Virus record (IMG/VR): IMGVR_UViG_3300025133_000083
DNA: 64,000 nucleotides
Reading direction: 5' to 3' (one strand)
From: an uncultured virus (IMG/VR IMGVR_UViG_3300025133_000083)
Lineage: Duplodnaviria; Heunggongvirae; Uroviricota; Caudoviricetes
Shown here: positions 49,440-58,284 of the stretch, one piece after another
Position numbering within the stretch: the stretch's first letter is position 1
Layout: the number at the start of each line of letters is the position of its first letter
Position numbers and translations under genes: made by a program
Notes under the pieces: model-generated
What the model was told of the DNA's origin: nothing
Databases searched by the model: none
What the model saw: only the letters and a program-made list of their open reading frames with translations

Positions 49440-49447
49440 CAAATTTA
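49440..49447 (-). promoter_or_regulatory. Bacteroidota-type -7 promoter element (TAAATTTG on minus)
   Basis: TAnnTTTG in the divergent gap. Confidence 0.6.
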
Positions 49448-49508
49448 AGCAATTCTTACTTATGGAATTTAGAGGTAAATTTACTTCGCTAAACACAAAA
49501 TCATTTCA

Positions 49509-50099
49509 ATGACTATAACAGTTGACAAATTGATAAAGGGAATGCAGCGGAAAGGACACAAGTTGTTCGAGGATGACAGAAAACCCTACAACCTCAATAT
49601 AATAGGTGTAAGGAGTTCGGATATGACACCCGATAAATTCAACGATAGCATTTCTATTCTTTGGAAGTGGAAAGGAAATTGGAATATCTACACTTCCCCT
49701 GCTACAACAGACGCAGGATTATACTACCTGAATAACCCTCTTAACGTTGATGGGACCTTTATTATAGCTGAAGGACAACACAAAGGGCTTTGGACAAAAG
49801 ACAAACATCGCGGATACCCTGCATTCAAACAGAAAGGCATTGTAAGGGGATACCGAGACTCAAACAAGGATAACAGGTACGACCTAGACCCCAACAATAT
49901 AGTTGAAGGCATCTTCGGAATAAACGGACACCGAGCGAAAGATGAAGGGTTCTCTACAAGAGTTCAAAAATGGAGCGCAGGATGCGTGGTTTGGCAATAC
50001 GATGACGACCATGAGATCGTTATGGAAATAGCGCAGAGGTCCATTCCACATTGGGGAAATTCATTCACCTTCACGTTGCTAAATGAAAACGATTTATAA
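49509..50099 (+). CDS. Endolysin candidate, YkuD/L,D-transpeptidase-like fold
   Basis: GINGH...WSAGC His/Cys catalytic pattern; adjacent to the membrane-gene cluster. Confidence 0.6.
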   Translation: MTITVDKLIKGMQRKGHKLFEDDRKPYNLNIIGVRSSDMTPDKFNDSISILWKWKGNWNIYTSPATTDAGLYYLNNPLNVDGTFIIAEGQHKGLWTKDKHRGYPAFKQKGIVRGYRDSNKDNRYDLDPNNIVEGIFGINGHRAKDEGFSTRVQKWSAGCVVWQYDDDHEIVMEIAQRSIPHWGNSFTFTLLNENDL

Positions 50100-50767
50100 T
50101 GTCTATAAAAGAGAGACAAATAGATATTTATACACTAAAATGCCCTACATCCAAGACGGTTTGTTATGTTGGACAAACAGGTAGAGGAAAAAGAAGGATG
50201 TACGAACACAATTCCAATCTATCTTCTCCAAGATACCCCGTATCAAGATGGGTTGCCAAATTAAGGGTAAGCAATATGCGCCCCATATATGAGATAATTG
50301 ACAATGTGCCAAAATCGGTTGCAGATGAAGCTGAAATAGGTTACATACTGCTGTTCAGGTCATTCGGAGCTAATCTATATAATTTATCAAGAGGCGGAAA
50401 CGGGAATTTAATAAGCGAAAACCACAACTCTAAATGCACTAAAGGGAAACGCCTAGAAGACTATTATGGAGAAAAAAGGGCTGAAGAAATCAGGTCAAAA
50501 ATTAGCAACTCGGTTTCAGGCAAGAAAAACCCCAACTACGGAAGAAAGTTCCCAAAAGAATATTCCGAAAAGCAAAAAGAAGTTCAAAGCAAAAAACCTC
50601 TTATTGTGAAAGATAAAAACGGAACCATAGTAGGGGAATTTAGAAACTCTAAAGACGCAGCGGAATTCATTGGGTGCGGGCATTCTTTAATAAGAGAGGC
50701 TAAAAGCAAGGGTTATTATGTGAGAAGAAAATACTTAATACTTGATAAGTATGAAAATGATTTATAG
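50099..50767 (+). CDS. GIY-YIG homing endonuclease with NUMOD3/NUMOD1-like repeats
   Basis: IYTL...YVGQT...RMYEH, EIGYI, YNLSRGG, SGKKNPNYGRK. Confidence 0.8.
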   Translation: MSIKERQIDIYTLKCPTSKTVCYVGQTGRGKRRMYEHNSNLSSPRYPVSRWVAKLRVSNMRPIYEIIDNVPKSVADEAEIGYILLFRSFGANLYNLSRGGNGNLISENHNSKCTKGKRLEDYYGEKRAEEIRSKISNSVSGKKNPNYGRKFPKEYSEKQKEVQSKKPLIVKDKNGTIVGEFRNSKDAAEFIGCGHSLIREAKSKGYYVRRKYLILDKYENDL

Positions 50768-50797
50768 ATAAACACTTGTTGGTGTTAAAATAATTCA

Positions 50798-50805
50798 TAC
50801 ATTTG
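50798..50805 (+). promoter_or_regulatory. Bacteroidota-type -7 promoter element (TACATTTG)
   Basis: TAnnTTTG upstream of 50818. Confidence 0.55.
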
Positions 50806-50817
50806 TCTCAATAACGG

Positions 50818-51339
50818 ATGCAGCCGTTGGAAGAAACAAACAAAGTCCCTTACGGGGGAGGGTCTGCATACCCGAACCCGATAAGGGATTTTTTATTAAA
50901 CGACATGAGAACCTTAGAGACAACGACCAAGTATTTATTGAACAATGTTCATCTAAAGGATGACATAGCCTACTTCGTGCATAAGTCAATAAAGTACGCT
51001 AAGATGGTTTCGTTACCTCTTAAGATGAATATGTTCATCCCTTGCGACAGCGACAACAACATTATTTCCGAACCCAAACACATAGACGGGGAGACTCCTA
51101 TAGATAGAATGAGAAGGAAGGATGTTCAGGAGTATGTGAAAGCTGAAGGGAGATGCCTATTCGAGGACTTCGTTCTAACAAGCTCAGACGAGGACCCATT
51201 ACGTGCATCTATCCGTCACGTAAAGACCAACCACACAATTACATTCAACAACGAAACGGGATTTTACGATAACGAAAGATGGGTTGAGACCGTTGAGGAT
51301 CTTATCCCTCTCAAACCTAAATTCAAAAAAGATTGGTAA
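50818..51339 (+). CDS. Hypothetical protein
   Basis: 173-aa ORF. Confidence 0.6.
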   Translation: MQPLEETNKVPYGGGSAYPNPIRDFLLNDMRTLETTTKYLLNNVHLKDDIAYFVHKSIKYAKMVSLPLKMNMFIPCDSDNNIISEPKHIDGETPIDRMRRKDVQEYVKAEGRCLFEDFVLTSSDEDPLRASIRHVKTNHTITFNNETGFYDNERWVETVEDLIPLKPKFKKDW

Positions 51340-51575
51340 TGGAAAAGAAACGAATGCTTAAAACACTTCGGAGATGGTACGCATTTATAGCGTTTGTAGC
51401 TCTCTTATTCTTAATCAGTGGGCTTACATTCCCCTTTGTGTGGATTTGGGCAGGATGGTCCTACGCTTGGAAGATAGCGGTATCCGCAGTAGCAGGGATG
51501 TTTGTATGTGGGTTCCTTAAGTCAGTCCTAAAAAGGGTAATGACAGAAATAGATGATGATGCACCGTCTACGTAA
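51339..51575 (+). CDS. Two-TM membrane protein
   Basis: Hydrophobic helices; TAATG coupling. Confidence 0.6.
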   Translation: MEKKRMLKTLRRWYAFIAFVALLFLISGLTFPFVWIWAGWSYAWKIAVSAVAGMFVCGFLKSVLKRVMTEIDDDAPST

Positions 51576-51609
51576 AATGCGTAGAAAGAACTAAGTAAAA
51601 CACGTAGAA

Positions 51610-51957
51610 ATGAAACTAACAGGACAAGCGAAAGCGTTATTTGAGAAGTGGTTAATAGATAATCATGGGGCAGAAAAGAATACAGAACGGTCAAAGCTGA
51701 AAATACTTATAGACTATGCGTGGGTAAAATGTGATAGTTTACCTGAAGCCATGCAATGGGGCGTGGTTCAAGAATTTGCTGATAGTTTGGGGTATGATCT
51801 ACACATAAGTAAAGAAGGCAACGGATTTTGGTATGGAATAGAAATACCTGACGGGAATTTATTTACAAACACGCTGATTGATTATTACGAAGGAGGTAAG
51901 TTATTGGATTTCGTTTGGATGTACGCCCCTGTTGAACTCGAAAAAGCATTGAAATGA
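51610..51957 (+). CDS. Hypothetical protein
   Basis: 115-aa ORF starting MKLTGQAKALFEKWL. Confidence 0.6.
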   Translation: MKLTGQAKALFEKWLIDNHGAEKNTERSKLKILIDYAWVKCDSLPEAMQWGVVQEFADSLGYDLHISKEGNGFWYGIEIPDGNLFTNTLIDYYEGGKLLDFVWMYAPVELEKALK

Positions 51958-52474
51958 GCAAAGCAAGAGAGTTTAGAAACGAGTTTGCGGTGGAACGAGG
52001 TTATAGTGATTGGGCTGATTTGTGCGGTCAATGCTACTACGAAACATTCATTAACGATTTAATGGAAGAATACGCCAAAGAAGCCAACCAACAAGAGGAA
52101 GTCGGATGCTATTGTGACCATAACAAATTGACCAGAGAGGATTGTGCAAGTAAATCGGAATGTGATCTATTAACTAAAGAGAAACCCCAACAACAGAGCG
52201 TTGATATTACAGCAGGTCAAGAGTTTTTTGAAGCAATAGTGCGCACTTGTGATTTTACGCCATTGTTAGACGATATGCACGAATTGATAAACGCATTGGC
52301 CAAAGACAATCCACAATTAAACACCCTCAACCAAACAGGGTTAAGAGATGCGGTTGAAGAAATGTATGAATACATGACCGAATACCCAATACTTCCTAAG
52401 ATATCTGAAAAGGACTGGAACTATTGGATAAAAAAGTTTGCACCGTTTATGAACTCAAAAAAGCATTGAAATGA
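51933..52474 (+). repeat. 25-bp direct repeat (51933-51957 / 52450-52474), one mismatch
   Basis: TGAACTC(G/A)AAAAAGCATTGAAATGA. Confidence 0.85.
51954..52469 (+). CDS. Hypothetical protein, probably recently acquired
   Basis: 171 aa, flanked by the direct repeat, contains otherwise avoided tetramers. Confidence 0.6.
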   Translation: MSKAREFRNEFAVERGYSDWADLCGQCYYETFINDLMEEYAKEANQQEEVGCYCDHNKLTREDCASKSECDLLTKEKPQQQSVDITAGQEFFEAIVRTCDFTPLLDDMHELINALAKDNPQLNTLNQTGLRDAVEEMYEYMTEYPILPKISEKDWNYWIKKFAPFMNSKKH

Positions 52475-52614
52475 AAGCAACTTTTGTATCTAAGTTAGGC
52501 TTCAAAGTAATCGTGGAACCTATGAAAAAACAATCCCAAGAACAACTCCTTAAACACACACAAAGAATTCTCCGAAAAAGAAAGATCAACGCACAAATAA
52601 AAATCGAACCCTAA
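52471..52614 (+). CDS. Small basic protein (47 aa, not in ORF track)
   Basis: MKATFVSKLGFKVIVEP...IKIEP. Confidence 0.5.
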   Translation: MKATFVSKLGFKVIVEPMKKQSQEQLLKHTQRILRKRKINAQIKIEP

Positions 52615-52674
52615 AACAACTACGCATTTTACGTAGATACAAACACAAAACTAGAACTTAAGAAATGAAAAAAC

Positions 52675-53235
52675 ATGGGAAGCATAAAAGGACAAAGACA
52701 TAATCCATACATACAAGGAAAATACGGACACCTAAACCCTAACGATGTAGTATTCACCCCCGATTGGTTAGCAAAACAAATCGTAGAGATGTTCCCCTTA
52801 AAAGGAAAGATCTTAGAACCCTGCAAAGGAGAAGGCGCTTTCCTGAAATATCTACCCGAAAACACCGATTGGTGCGAAATAACCGAAGGAAAAAACTTCT
52901 ACGACTACAAAACAAAAGTAGATTGGATAATAACAAACCCCCCGTACTCCGACTACAATAGATTCCTAGAACACAGCTTCAGCATCGCAGACAATATCGT
53001 ACTCCTTGTTCCCGTATCTAAAATGTTTAAAAGCATGGGTACTCTATCCGAAATATTCAACTACGGAGGATTTGTACAAATACACACCCTCCCAAGTAGC
53101 AAAGCAGGATTCCCTTTCGGATTCCCATCCGCTGTCTACTACATCAAACGAGCATACAAAGGAAACACACAAATAAAAATGCTTGACGGAATTACTTTCA
53201 AAAAAAGAAAACCCAAACCACCAACCCTATTCTAA
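52675..53235 (+). CDS. DNA amino-methyltransferase (second copy)
   Basis: DVVFTP, LEPCKGEGAF, ITNPPYS. Confidence 0.85.
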   Translation: MGSIKGQRHNPYIQGKYGHLNPNDVVFTPDWLAKQIVEMFPLKGKILEPCKGEGAFLKYLPENTDWCEITEGKNFYDYKTKVDWIITNPPYSDYNRFLEHSFSIADNIVLLVPVSKMFKSMGTLSEIFNYGGFVQIHTLPSSKAGFPFGFPSAVYYIKRAYKGNTQIKMLDGITFKKRKPKPPTLF

Positions 53236-54300
53236 ATCAAATAACCTATAACTAAAAACTTAGTTAATACCCATTTTACGGGGAAAACACTTCCTCCCCG
53301 TGCTTAACCCCCCGAAAAATAGGTCCACCCCAAAAAATACCCCCTACGGAGATAACCCTAAACACCCCCTCCCTATAAAGGAAGACCCCTATAAAGAAGA
53401 AACCCCCTACGGAGACAATCCTTAGTTGATACCCCCATTGAGGAGGAAAACCCCACAAAGGAAGAAACGTCTGAAGGGAATTCGCATGGACGGGCGATGC
53501 CTACCCTATAGATTTTATTTTTTTCTATCCGTCCAAAGCACCCCCCCTATGCGATTCCTGCTTCGGGAGGCTCCTGAGTTCTGTCCTATTGTGTGCTTCC
53601 TCTTCCTAGTTCGATCCCTTTGGGGAGTGACCTCTCTCGCGGTGTCTTCCTCTTCGGTGTCTACCTTGTGTGGGTTTGGCATATTTCGTGCTTGATTGGC
53701 TAACATGCACCTCTTCAGGTTATACTCTTAACACTGCACACTGACAGGGGTTACACCCGCAACGGGGCTACAACTACCGAAGATTGCCACATCTTCAGGG
53801 GTTACACCTGCAACGAATGCACACACAACAAGGGATAAACATCTACGTAAAACACGTAGAACAGTACAACACGCAAGGAGGTGAAATTCTTGCGGGGAAG
53901 CTCCGCCTCAAGGGTTGTATTGTGCTTGGAATATCTTGTTCCATGCTTAGAATACGACTACGTGAAACACGTACAACTTCCTACGTGAAACCCTTAGAGG
54001 CGCTTACACCTTCATAGACGAGTTCTGACGTACTATCTATCTATTACTATACTCTTATATCTATTAGCTCTAGTTATACGCGCGTGTTAAGCCTTATGAA
54101 GTGAATAAGCAAGCAATAGGAGGATTGATCTTCCTTTTTTTTCTTATGATGGAAATTGTATAGCTACGCAGGAGCCACACCGATAACTAAAACATTAGTT
54201 GATTATTACCTCTTAAGTGTAACGCAGGATGTTACACGTTGAAATTAAACGCCCTGATAATCAAGCACTTACACATTTATTTTAATTATTTCACTTTAAT
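53236..54300. other. Repeat-rich non-coding junction (candidate genome end/packaging or origin region)
   Basis: About 1.1 kb without a credible ORF. C runs, CCCCCTACGGAGA x2, CCCTATAAAG x2, CAGGGGTTACACCYGCAACG x2, local strand-skew flip. Confidence 0.5.
54118..54142 (+). terminator. Terminator-like hairpin
   Basis: AGGAGGA-TTGA-TCTTCCT followed by a T run. Confidence 0.55.
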
Positions 54301-54301
54301 G

Positions 54302-54334
54302 TTTGGAAGTATAGACATAGTTTGCCTATATTTG
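54302..54334 (+). promoter_or_regulatory. Consensus Bacteroidota promoter (TTTG -33, TATATTTG -7) for the small-gene array
   Basis: TTTG 54302-54305, 21-nt spacer, TATATTTG 54327-54334, preceded by an AT-rich tract. Confidence 0.75.
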
Positions 54335-54377
54335 ATGTAAGCAAACAAAGAGAAACAAACACTAATAACAAGAACAC

Positions 54378-54686
54378 ATGAAACATACAAGAGAGCAATT
54401 GCAAAAGGAATTCGAAGCAATAGACAAGATAAAGGTATTCGAAATAAGAGTAACTGACAGGAGGACAGGAGAGAATGATTATATCTTATTCGATATTACT
54501 GCCAACGATGAAGGATTGAGAGCCGAACACGTAGGACTAACAGTGAAAGAGGAAGACAGTAACAAGATAGCGTTCAAGCTCGAAAAGTGGGATGATTGTT
54601 TCAGCTTAGACGAACACTTACAAGGACTCTTGGAGACATGCACCAACGCAATACACGACAGTTCATTTTACTTACTAGCACCCTAA
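54378..54686 (+). CDS. Hypothetical protein (first of array)
   Basis: 102 aa, follows the consensus promoter. Confidence 0.65.
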   Translation: MKHTREQLQKEFEAIDKIKVFEIRVTDRRTGENDYILFDITANDEGLRAEHVGLTVKEEDSNKIAFKLEKWDDCFSLDEHLQGLLETCTNAIHDSSFYLLAP

Positions 54687-54699
54687 ACACCTAGAAAAT

Positions 54700-55044
54700 A
54701 TGAGAACCAAAGAGAAAGCAATAAGATACTTTGAGCAAAAGTTAGGGAACTTAACCTACCCAAGCAAGAACGACAGAACCGACCCCGAATACAGGAAAGC
54801 GTTAATAGCGGAAGCCCTGAAGAACCTAGAATTCGTGAGGAACGTTAAAGAGTACGAGAAAGACAACTTTTTCGAGAAGTTCCAAACGCTAGCCAATATC
54901 AAATGTACGCAGTCCTGCGGAGGACACCATAAAGGAATGATGAACGACAATCTGTACAAGAAAGAGAAAGTTAGGCTAGGGGAAGAACCATCTAACGACC
55001 TGCTGTACAGCTTCGGAATCTTCAACGGAACGGGAAGTTACTAA
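54700..55044 (+). CDS. Hypothetical protein
   Basis: CTAGAAAAT-ATG leader. Confidence 0.65.
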   Translation: MRTKEKAIRYFEQKLGNLTYPSKNDRTDPEYRKALIAEALKNLEFVRNVKEYEKDNFFEKFQTLANIKCTQSCGGHHKGMMNDNLYKKEKVRLGEEPSNDLLYSFGIFNGTGSY

Positions 55045-55066
55045 CCAACGATAAAAACTAGAAAAC

Positions 55067-55339
55067 ATGAGCATACCACAAATAGAAAACTTTACAAGCA
55101 GCAGGGGAAACAAAGTTCCCAACCAATTCAGAGTAATAACCAATGAAGGAAGCTACTTTAAATCGTATGAAACGATGATAGCGGCAAAGCTGAACAACGG
55201 TAAGATATTACTAGACAAGGATAATTGGAACTACTCCTCAACAACGGCAACTTACAGGAACCAATTCTTGGGGCTGACAACAAAGGAGACACAACAACAG
55301 ATTGAAGACGGAACAATAGAGCTAACCAATTTAAACTAG
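55067..55339 (+). CDS. Hypothetical phage protein
   Basis: Motif leader; FKSY...WNYSSTT...RNQFLG. Confidence 0.7.
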   Translation: MSIPQIENFTSSRGNKVPNQFRVITNEGSYFKSYETMIAAKLNNGKILLDKDNWNYSSTTATYRNQFLGLTTKETQQQIEDGTIELTNLN

Positions 55340-55344
55340 GAGAC

Positions 55345-55569
55345 ATGAATCGATTATATCCCGAAGGAATGAGCAAGCAAGAGATTGAAACACTTAGCAA
55401 AGCTTACAAGATACAAGAGAACCTGAAGCAGGTAAACGAATACCAATCAGAGATACACCCACTATTACACGACAAGGGAAGAGCTAACGACCACACAGAC
55501 TCTTGGAGGAAGATTGAACACACGCAAAAACTGATAAAGAGCTTAATACATGAACTCAAAAACTACTAG
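55345..55569 (+). CDS. Hypothetical protein
   Basis: CTAGGAGAC-ATG leader. Confidence 0.6.
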   Translation: MNRLYPEGMSKQEIETLSKAYKIQENLKQVNEYQSEIHPLLHDKGRANDHTDSWRKIEHTQKLIKSLIHELKNY

Positions 55570-55574
55570 AAAAC

Positions 55575-55730
55575 ATGAAGACGAAGCACACAACAATCTT
55601 AATTAATTGGAATTCTGAACGATCTATGAAGAGAGCAACGAGACTCAAGGCAAAGCTAGAGAACGCAGGAGCCACACTTATAAACACGATAAGCACACCG
55701 AACACGGCAGCATTTATATACCAACACTGA
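55575..55730 (+). CDS. Small protein (51 aa, not in ORF track)
   Basis: Exact motif leader; MKTKHTTILINWNSERSMKRATRLKAKLENAG... Confidence 0.65.
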   Translation: MKTKHTTILINWNSERSMKRATRLKAKLENAGATLINTISTPNTAAFIYQH

Positions 55731-55751
55731 AAACATAAACATCTAGAAAGC

Positions 55752-56027
55752 ATGAGAACAATCAAGGAAATAAAAGAGTACTGCGTACAAGTAGACCTAC
55801 AAAACGTTCTAGCAGGAGATAAGAGCATACAGGCGTATGATGGAGATAACCATATCCCACTCACAACAGAGAAAGAGATTCGGCTATTCTACATGAACGC
55901 GAACATCAAGGATCTACTTCAAATCTACGCTGAATACAATGGATTGAAATGCTACAAAAAAGACGAGCCTGAAGATTATGCAATATCATACGGCTTAGAC
56001 ATTATTGACCTGATACAAAACATCTAA
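55752..56027 (+). CDS. Hypothetical protein
   Basis: CTAGAAAGC-ATG leader. Confidence 0.65.
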   Translation: MRTIKEIKEYCVQVDLQNVLAGDKSIQAYDGDNHIPLTTEKEIRLFYMNANIKDLLQIYAEYNGLKCYKKDEPEDYAISYGLDIIDLIQNI

Positions 56028-56039
56028 AAACTAGAAAAC

Positions 56040-56720
56040 ATGAGCAGGATACACGATGAAACAAGCGAATTCTACAAAAGAGCATTGAAGAGAGCTAACG
56101 ACAACCTGATTAAACTACTTGACGACCCTAACGTGAAGGAGACCGACCTAACAGTAGCAGCGGCAAAGATTAAAGTGTTAGAGGACGAGAAGAAAGAGAA
56201 GGAGACAATTAAGCTACTTGAAAGGCACAACGAAGAACAGGACAAAAAGAGAGCAATGTTGAAACGAGTACTATCAATTCAACTTCCTGAAGAGGATATT
56301 ACTACGCAAGAGTCAACCATTCACGGAACCAAAATTCGTAAGCATCCTGAATTAATGAAGTTGCAGGAGGACACATGGAGAATCTACTTGACATTTGAAA
56401 AAGGAATGTACCCGAAGATCCAAGTAAACGGGGAATCAATTAACCTACTCAAGTATAAGAGCAACGGCTACACAGAAGACTCAAGCTACGAACCATTCGA
56501 GACATTTGAAGAGGCATGTAATTACAACGGTATTCAGTTCAAGAATCCGACCATAAAAAAGTCTCTTCAGAACATTGCAAAATTACAAGCTGAATCCGAT
56601 AAGATGAAGGCAAAGCTAGAGGAGTATAGCGAGAAGTGTAAAAAGCTGAACAGTTACACCTTAAGCAGTATTGGAGCCATAAGACAACAACAGAGACACC
56701 ACTACGAATATTTTCACTGA
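56040..56720 (+). CDS. Hypothetical coiled-coil protein
   Basis: Exact motif leader; 226 aa. Confidence 0.7.
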   Translation: MSRIHDETSEFYKRALKRANDNLIKLLDDPNVKETDLTVAAAKIKVLEDEKKEKETIKLLERHNEEQDKKRAMLKRVLSIQLPEEDITTQESTIHGTKIRKHPELMKLQEDTWRIYLTFEKGMYPKIQVNGESINLLKYKSNGYTEDSSYEPFETFEEACNYNGIQFKNPTIKKSLQNIAKLQAESDKMKAKLEEYSEKCKKLNSYTLSSIGAIRQQQRHHYEYFH

Positions 56721-56750
56721 AACAGGATAACACGTAAAAGGATAGGACAC

Positions 56751-56957
56751 ATGAGATATACAGGACAACAAGAACCGACACAACAGGAGAGAAAAAAAGG
56801 GGCTGAAGTAGTATTCACATACGAAACAGAACAGGGAGAGGTAAGAATAAAAGCTTGCGCATGTTACGAAAGTTGGGAACAGTGGGGAGCAACAACCGAC
56901 CAACTATACAAGAACGTTGAAAGAGTTGAAAATTGGAGACAAAACATAAACAACTAG
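56751..56957 (+). CDS. Hypothetical protein
   Basis: 68 aa; its stop codon lies within the next motif. Confidence 0.6.
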   Translation: MRYTGQQEPTQQERKKGAEVVFTYETEQGEVRIKACACYESWEQWGATTDQLYKNVERVENWRQNINN

Positions 56958-56962
56958 AAAAC

Positions 56963-57130
56963 ATGAAAAAATTAGAATTCAATATCAGTTACATGGTAAA
57001 CGGCACAAGGGAGATTGAACGCATATTTGCTAACAGTCATAGAGAAGCAACTACAAAGGCAAAATCTAAAGGTAAAGACGTTACAGTGACATACATTGAA
57101 AAGCCTACCGACCTACTTTATTTACACTGA
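56963..57130 (+). CDS. Hypothetical protein
   Basis: Start reassigned to the motif ATG. Confidence 0.6.
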   Translation: MKKLEFNISYMVNGTREIERIFANSHREATTKAKSKGKDVTVTYIEKPTDLLYLH

Positions 57131-57143
57131 AAAACTAGAAAAC

Positions 57144-57728
57144 ATGAGAACAGAAACGACAACAAGAACACTTTACAAGTTCAACGAACTTAGCGAAGAA
57201 GGCAAACAGAAAGCACTTGAAAACATGTACAACATAAACGTAGATCATGAATGGTACGAATTCATATTTGAAGACGCCAAAACAATAGGTGCATTGATAG
57301 GGATAGACATTGAAAAAATATACTTCAGTGGATTCTCTTCACAAGGAGACGGGGCATGTTTTGAGGGATATTACAGATACGAAAAAGGTTCAGCTAAGAA
57401 CCTGAAGGAACACGCACCAAAAGACAAGGAGCTGCATAGAATCGTAGAAGAACTTCAGGAGCTACAACGTAAGAACTTTTACGGATTGACTGCAAACGTA
57501 AAGCATTCAGGACACTATTCACATGAAAATTGCACGATTATAAACGTAGATAGCGAAACAGAACAGGAGATACCTGAAGACGAGATTGAAGACCTATTGA
57601 GGGACTATATGAGATGGATCTACAGAGTTCTAGAAAAGGAATACGAATATCTAACAGGAGACGAAGCAATTAAAGAAACGATTGAATGTAACGAGTACGA
57701 ATTCACTGAAGACGGAGAACAAGCATAA
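57144..57728 (+). CDS. Acidic phage protein of unknown function
   Basis: Start at the motif ATG; YFSGFSSQGDGACF and NEYEFTEDG. Confidence 0.7.
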   Translation: MRTETTTRTLYKFNELSEEGKQKALENMYNINVDHEWYEFIFEDAKTIGALIGIDIEKIYFSGFSSQGDGACFEGYYRYEKGSAKNLKEHAPKDKELHRIVEELQELQRKNFYGLTANVKHSGHYSHENCTIINVDSETEQEIPEDEIEDLLRDYMRWIYRVLEKEYEYLTGDEAIKETIECNEYEFTEDGEQA

Positions 57729-57751
57729 CTAACCATAAAAAACTAGAAAAC

Positions 57752-58036
57752 ATGAAAAAGGTAACAACACTATTGACGGCAGTATTATTAATCGCAACAG
57801 GAGCAACGGCACAAAACTCGACAAGAGGCAAGGACGGGAACTTTGCAGCCATTAAGACGGTAATAGCAGCCCACGACAGTACAACGACCTACACCTACAC
57901 CGACAACAAGGGAAACGTAGAACCCGTATTTGTAGGCAAGAGACACGCCTATTACCTAGCGAGAACAAGCAAACCAAGTAAACGAAACGGATACAAGGGG
58001 AAATATTACAGAAAGTACCTGAAGACGGACGACTAA
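57752..58036 (+). CDS. Secreted protein with signal peptide
   Basis: MKKVTTLLTAVLLIATGATA-Q resembles an SPI signal. Confidence 0.65.
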   Translation: MKKVTTLLTAVLLIATGATAQNSTRGKDGNFAAIKTVIAAHDSTTTYTYTDNKGNVEPVFVGKRHAYYLARTSKPSKRNGYKGKYYRKYLKTDD

Positions 58037-58047
58037 AACAAGGAGCC

Positions 58048-58284
58048 ATGAAAAACGCTAGAAAGTACATTTCACTTTGGGAAAGAGAGGAACGGCAAAA
58101 TAAAAAAGCTGAATACTACTCAATAGGATTGAACTACAACCCCGAAAGAAGGGATAATTGGCAAGATAAAGTCCTGAAGACCAACCAAGAGATGTATCAA
58201 CTAGAAAGCACCCTGACAACAGAAGAAAAGGAATACATAAACGAATACTACAACGTAGAAATATTTAACGACAAGGAGCTATGA
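58048..58284 (+). CDS. Hypothetical protein
   Basis: ACAAGGAGCC-ATG leader. Confidence 0.6.
   Translation: MKNARKYISLWEREERQNKKAEYYSIGLNYNPERRDNWQDKVLKTNQEMYQLESTLTTEEKEYINEYYNVEIFNDKEL

Larger units (their letters stand above)
51567..52637. repeat. 18-bp perfect inverted repeat pair (51567-51584 / 52620-52637)
   Basis: TCTACGTAAAATGCGTAG and its reverse complement CTACGCATTTTACGTAGA. Confidence 0.85.

Noticed and set aside
53276..54017. ORFs 53276-53458, 53426-53695, 53515-53706, 53784-54017
   Set aside because: Low-complexity translations of repeats with atypical composition. 53515-53706 cannot be fully excluded.
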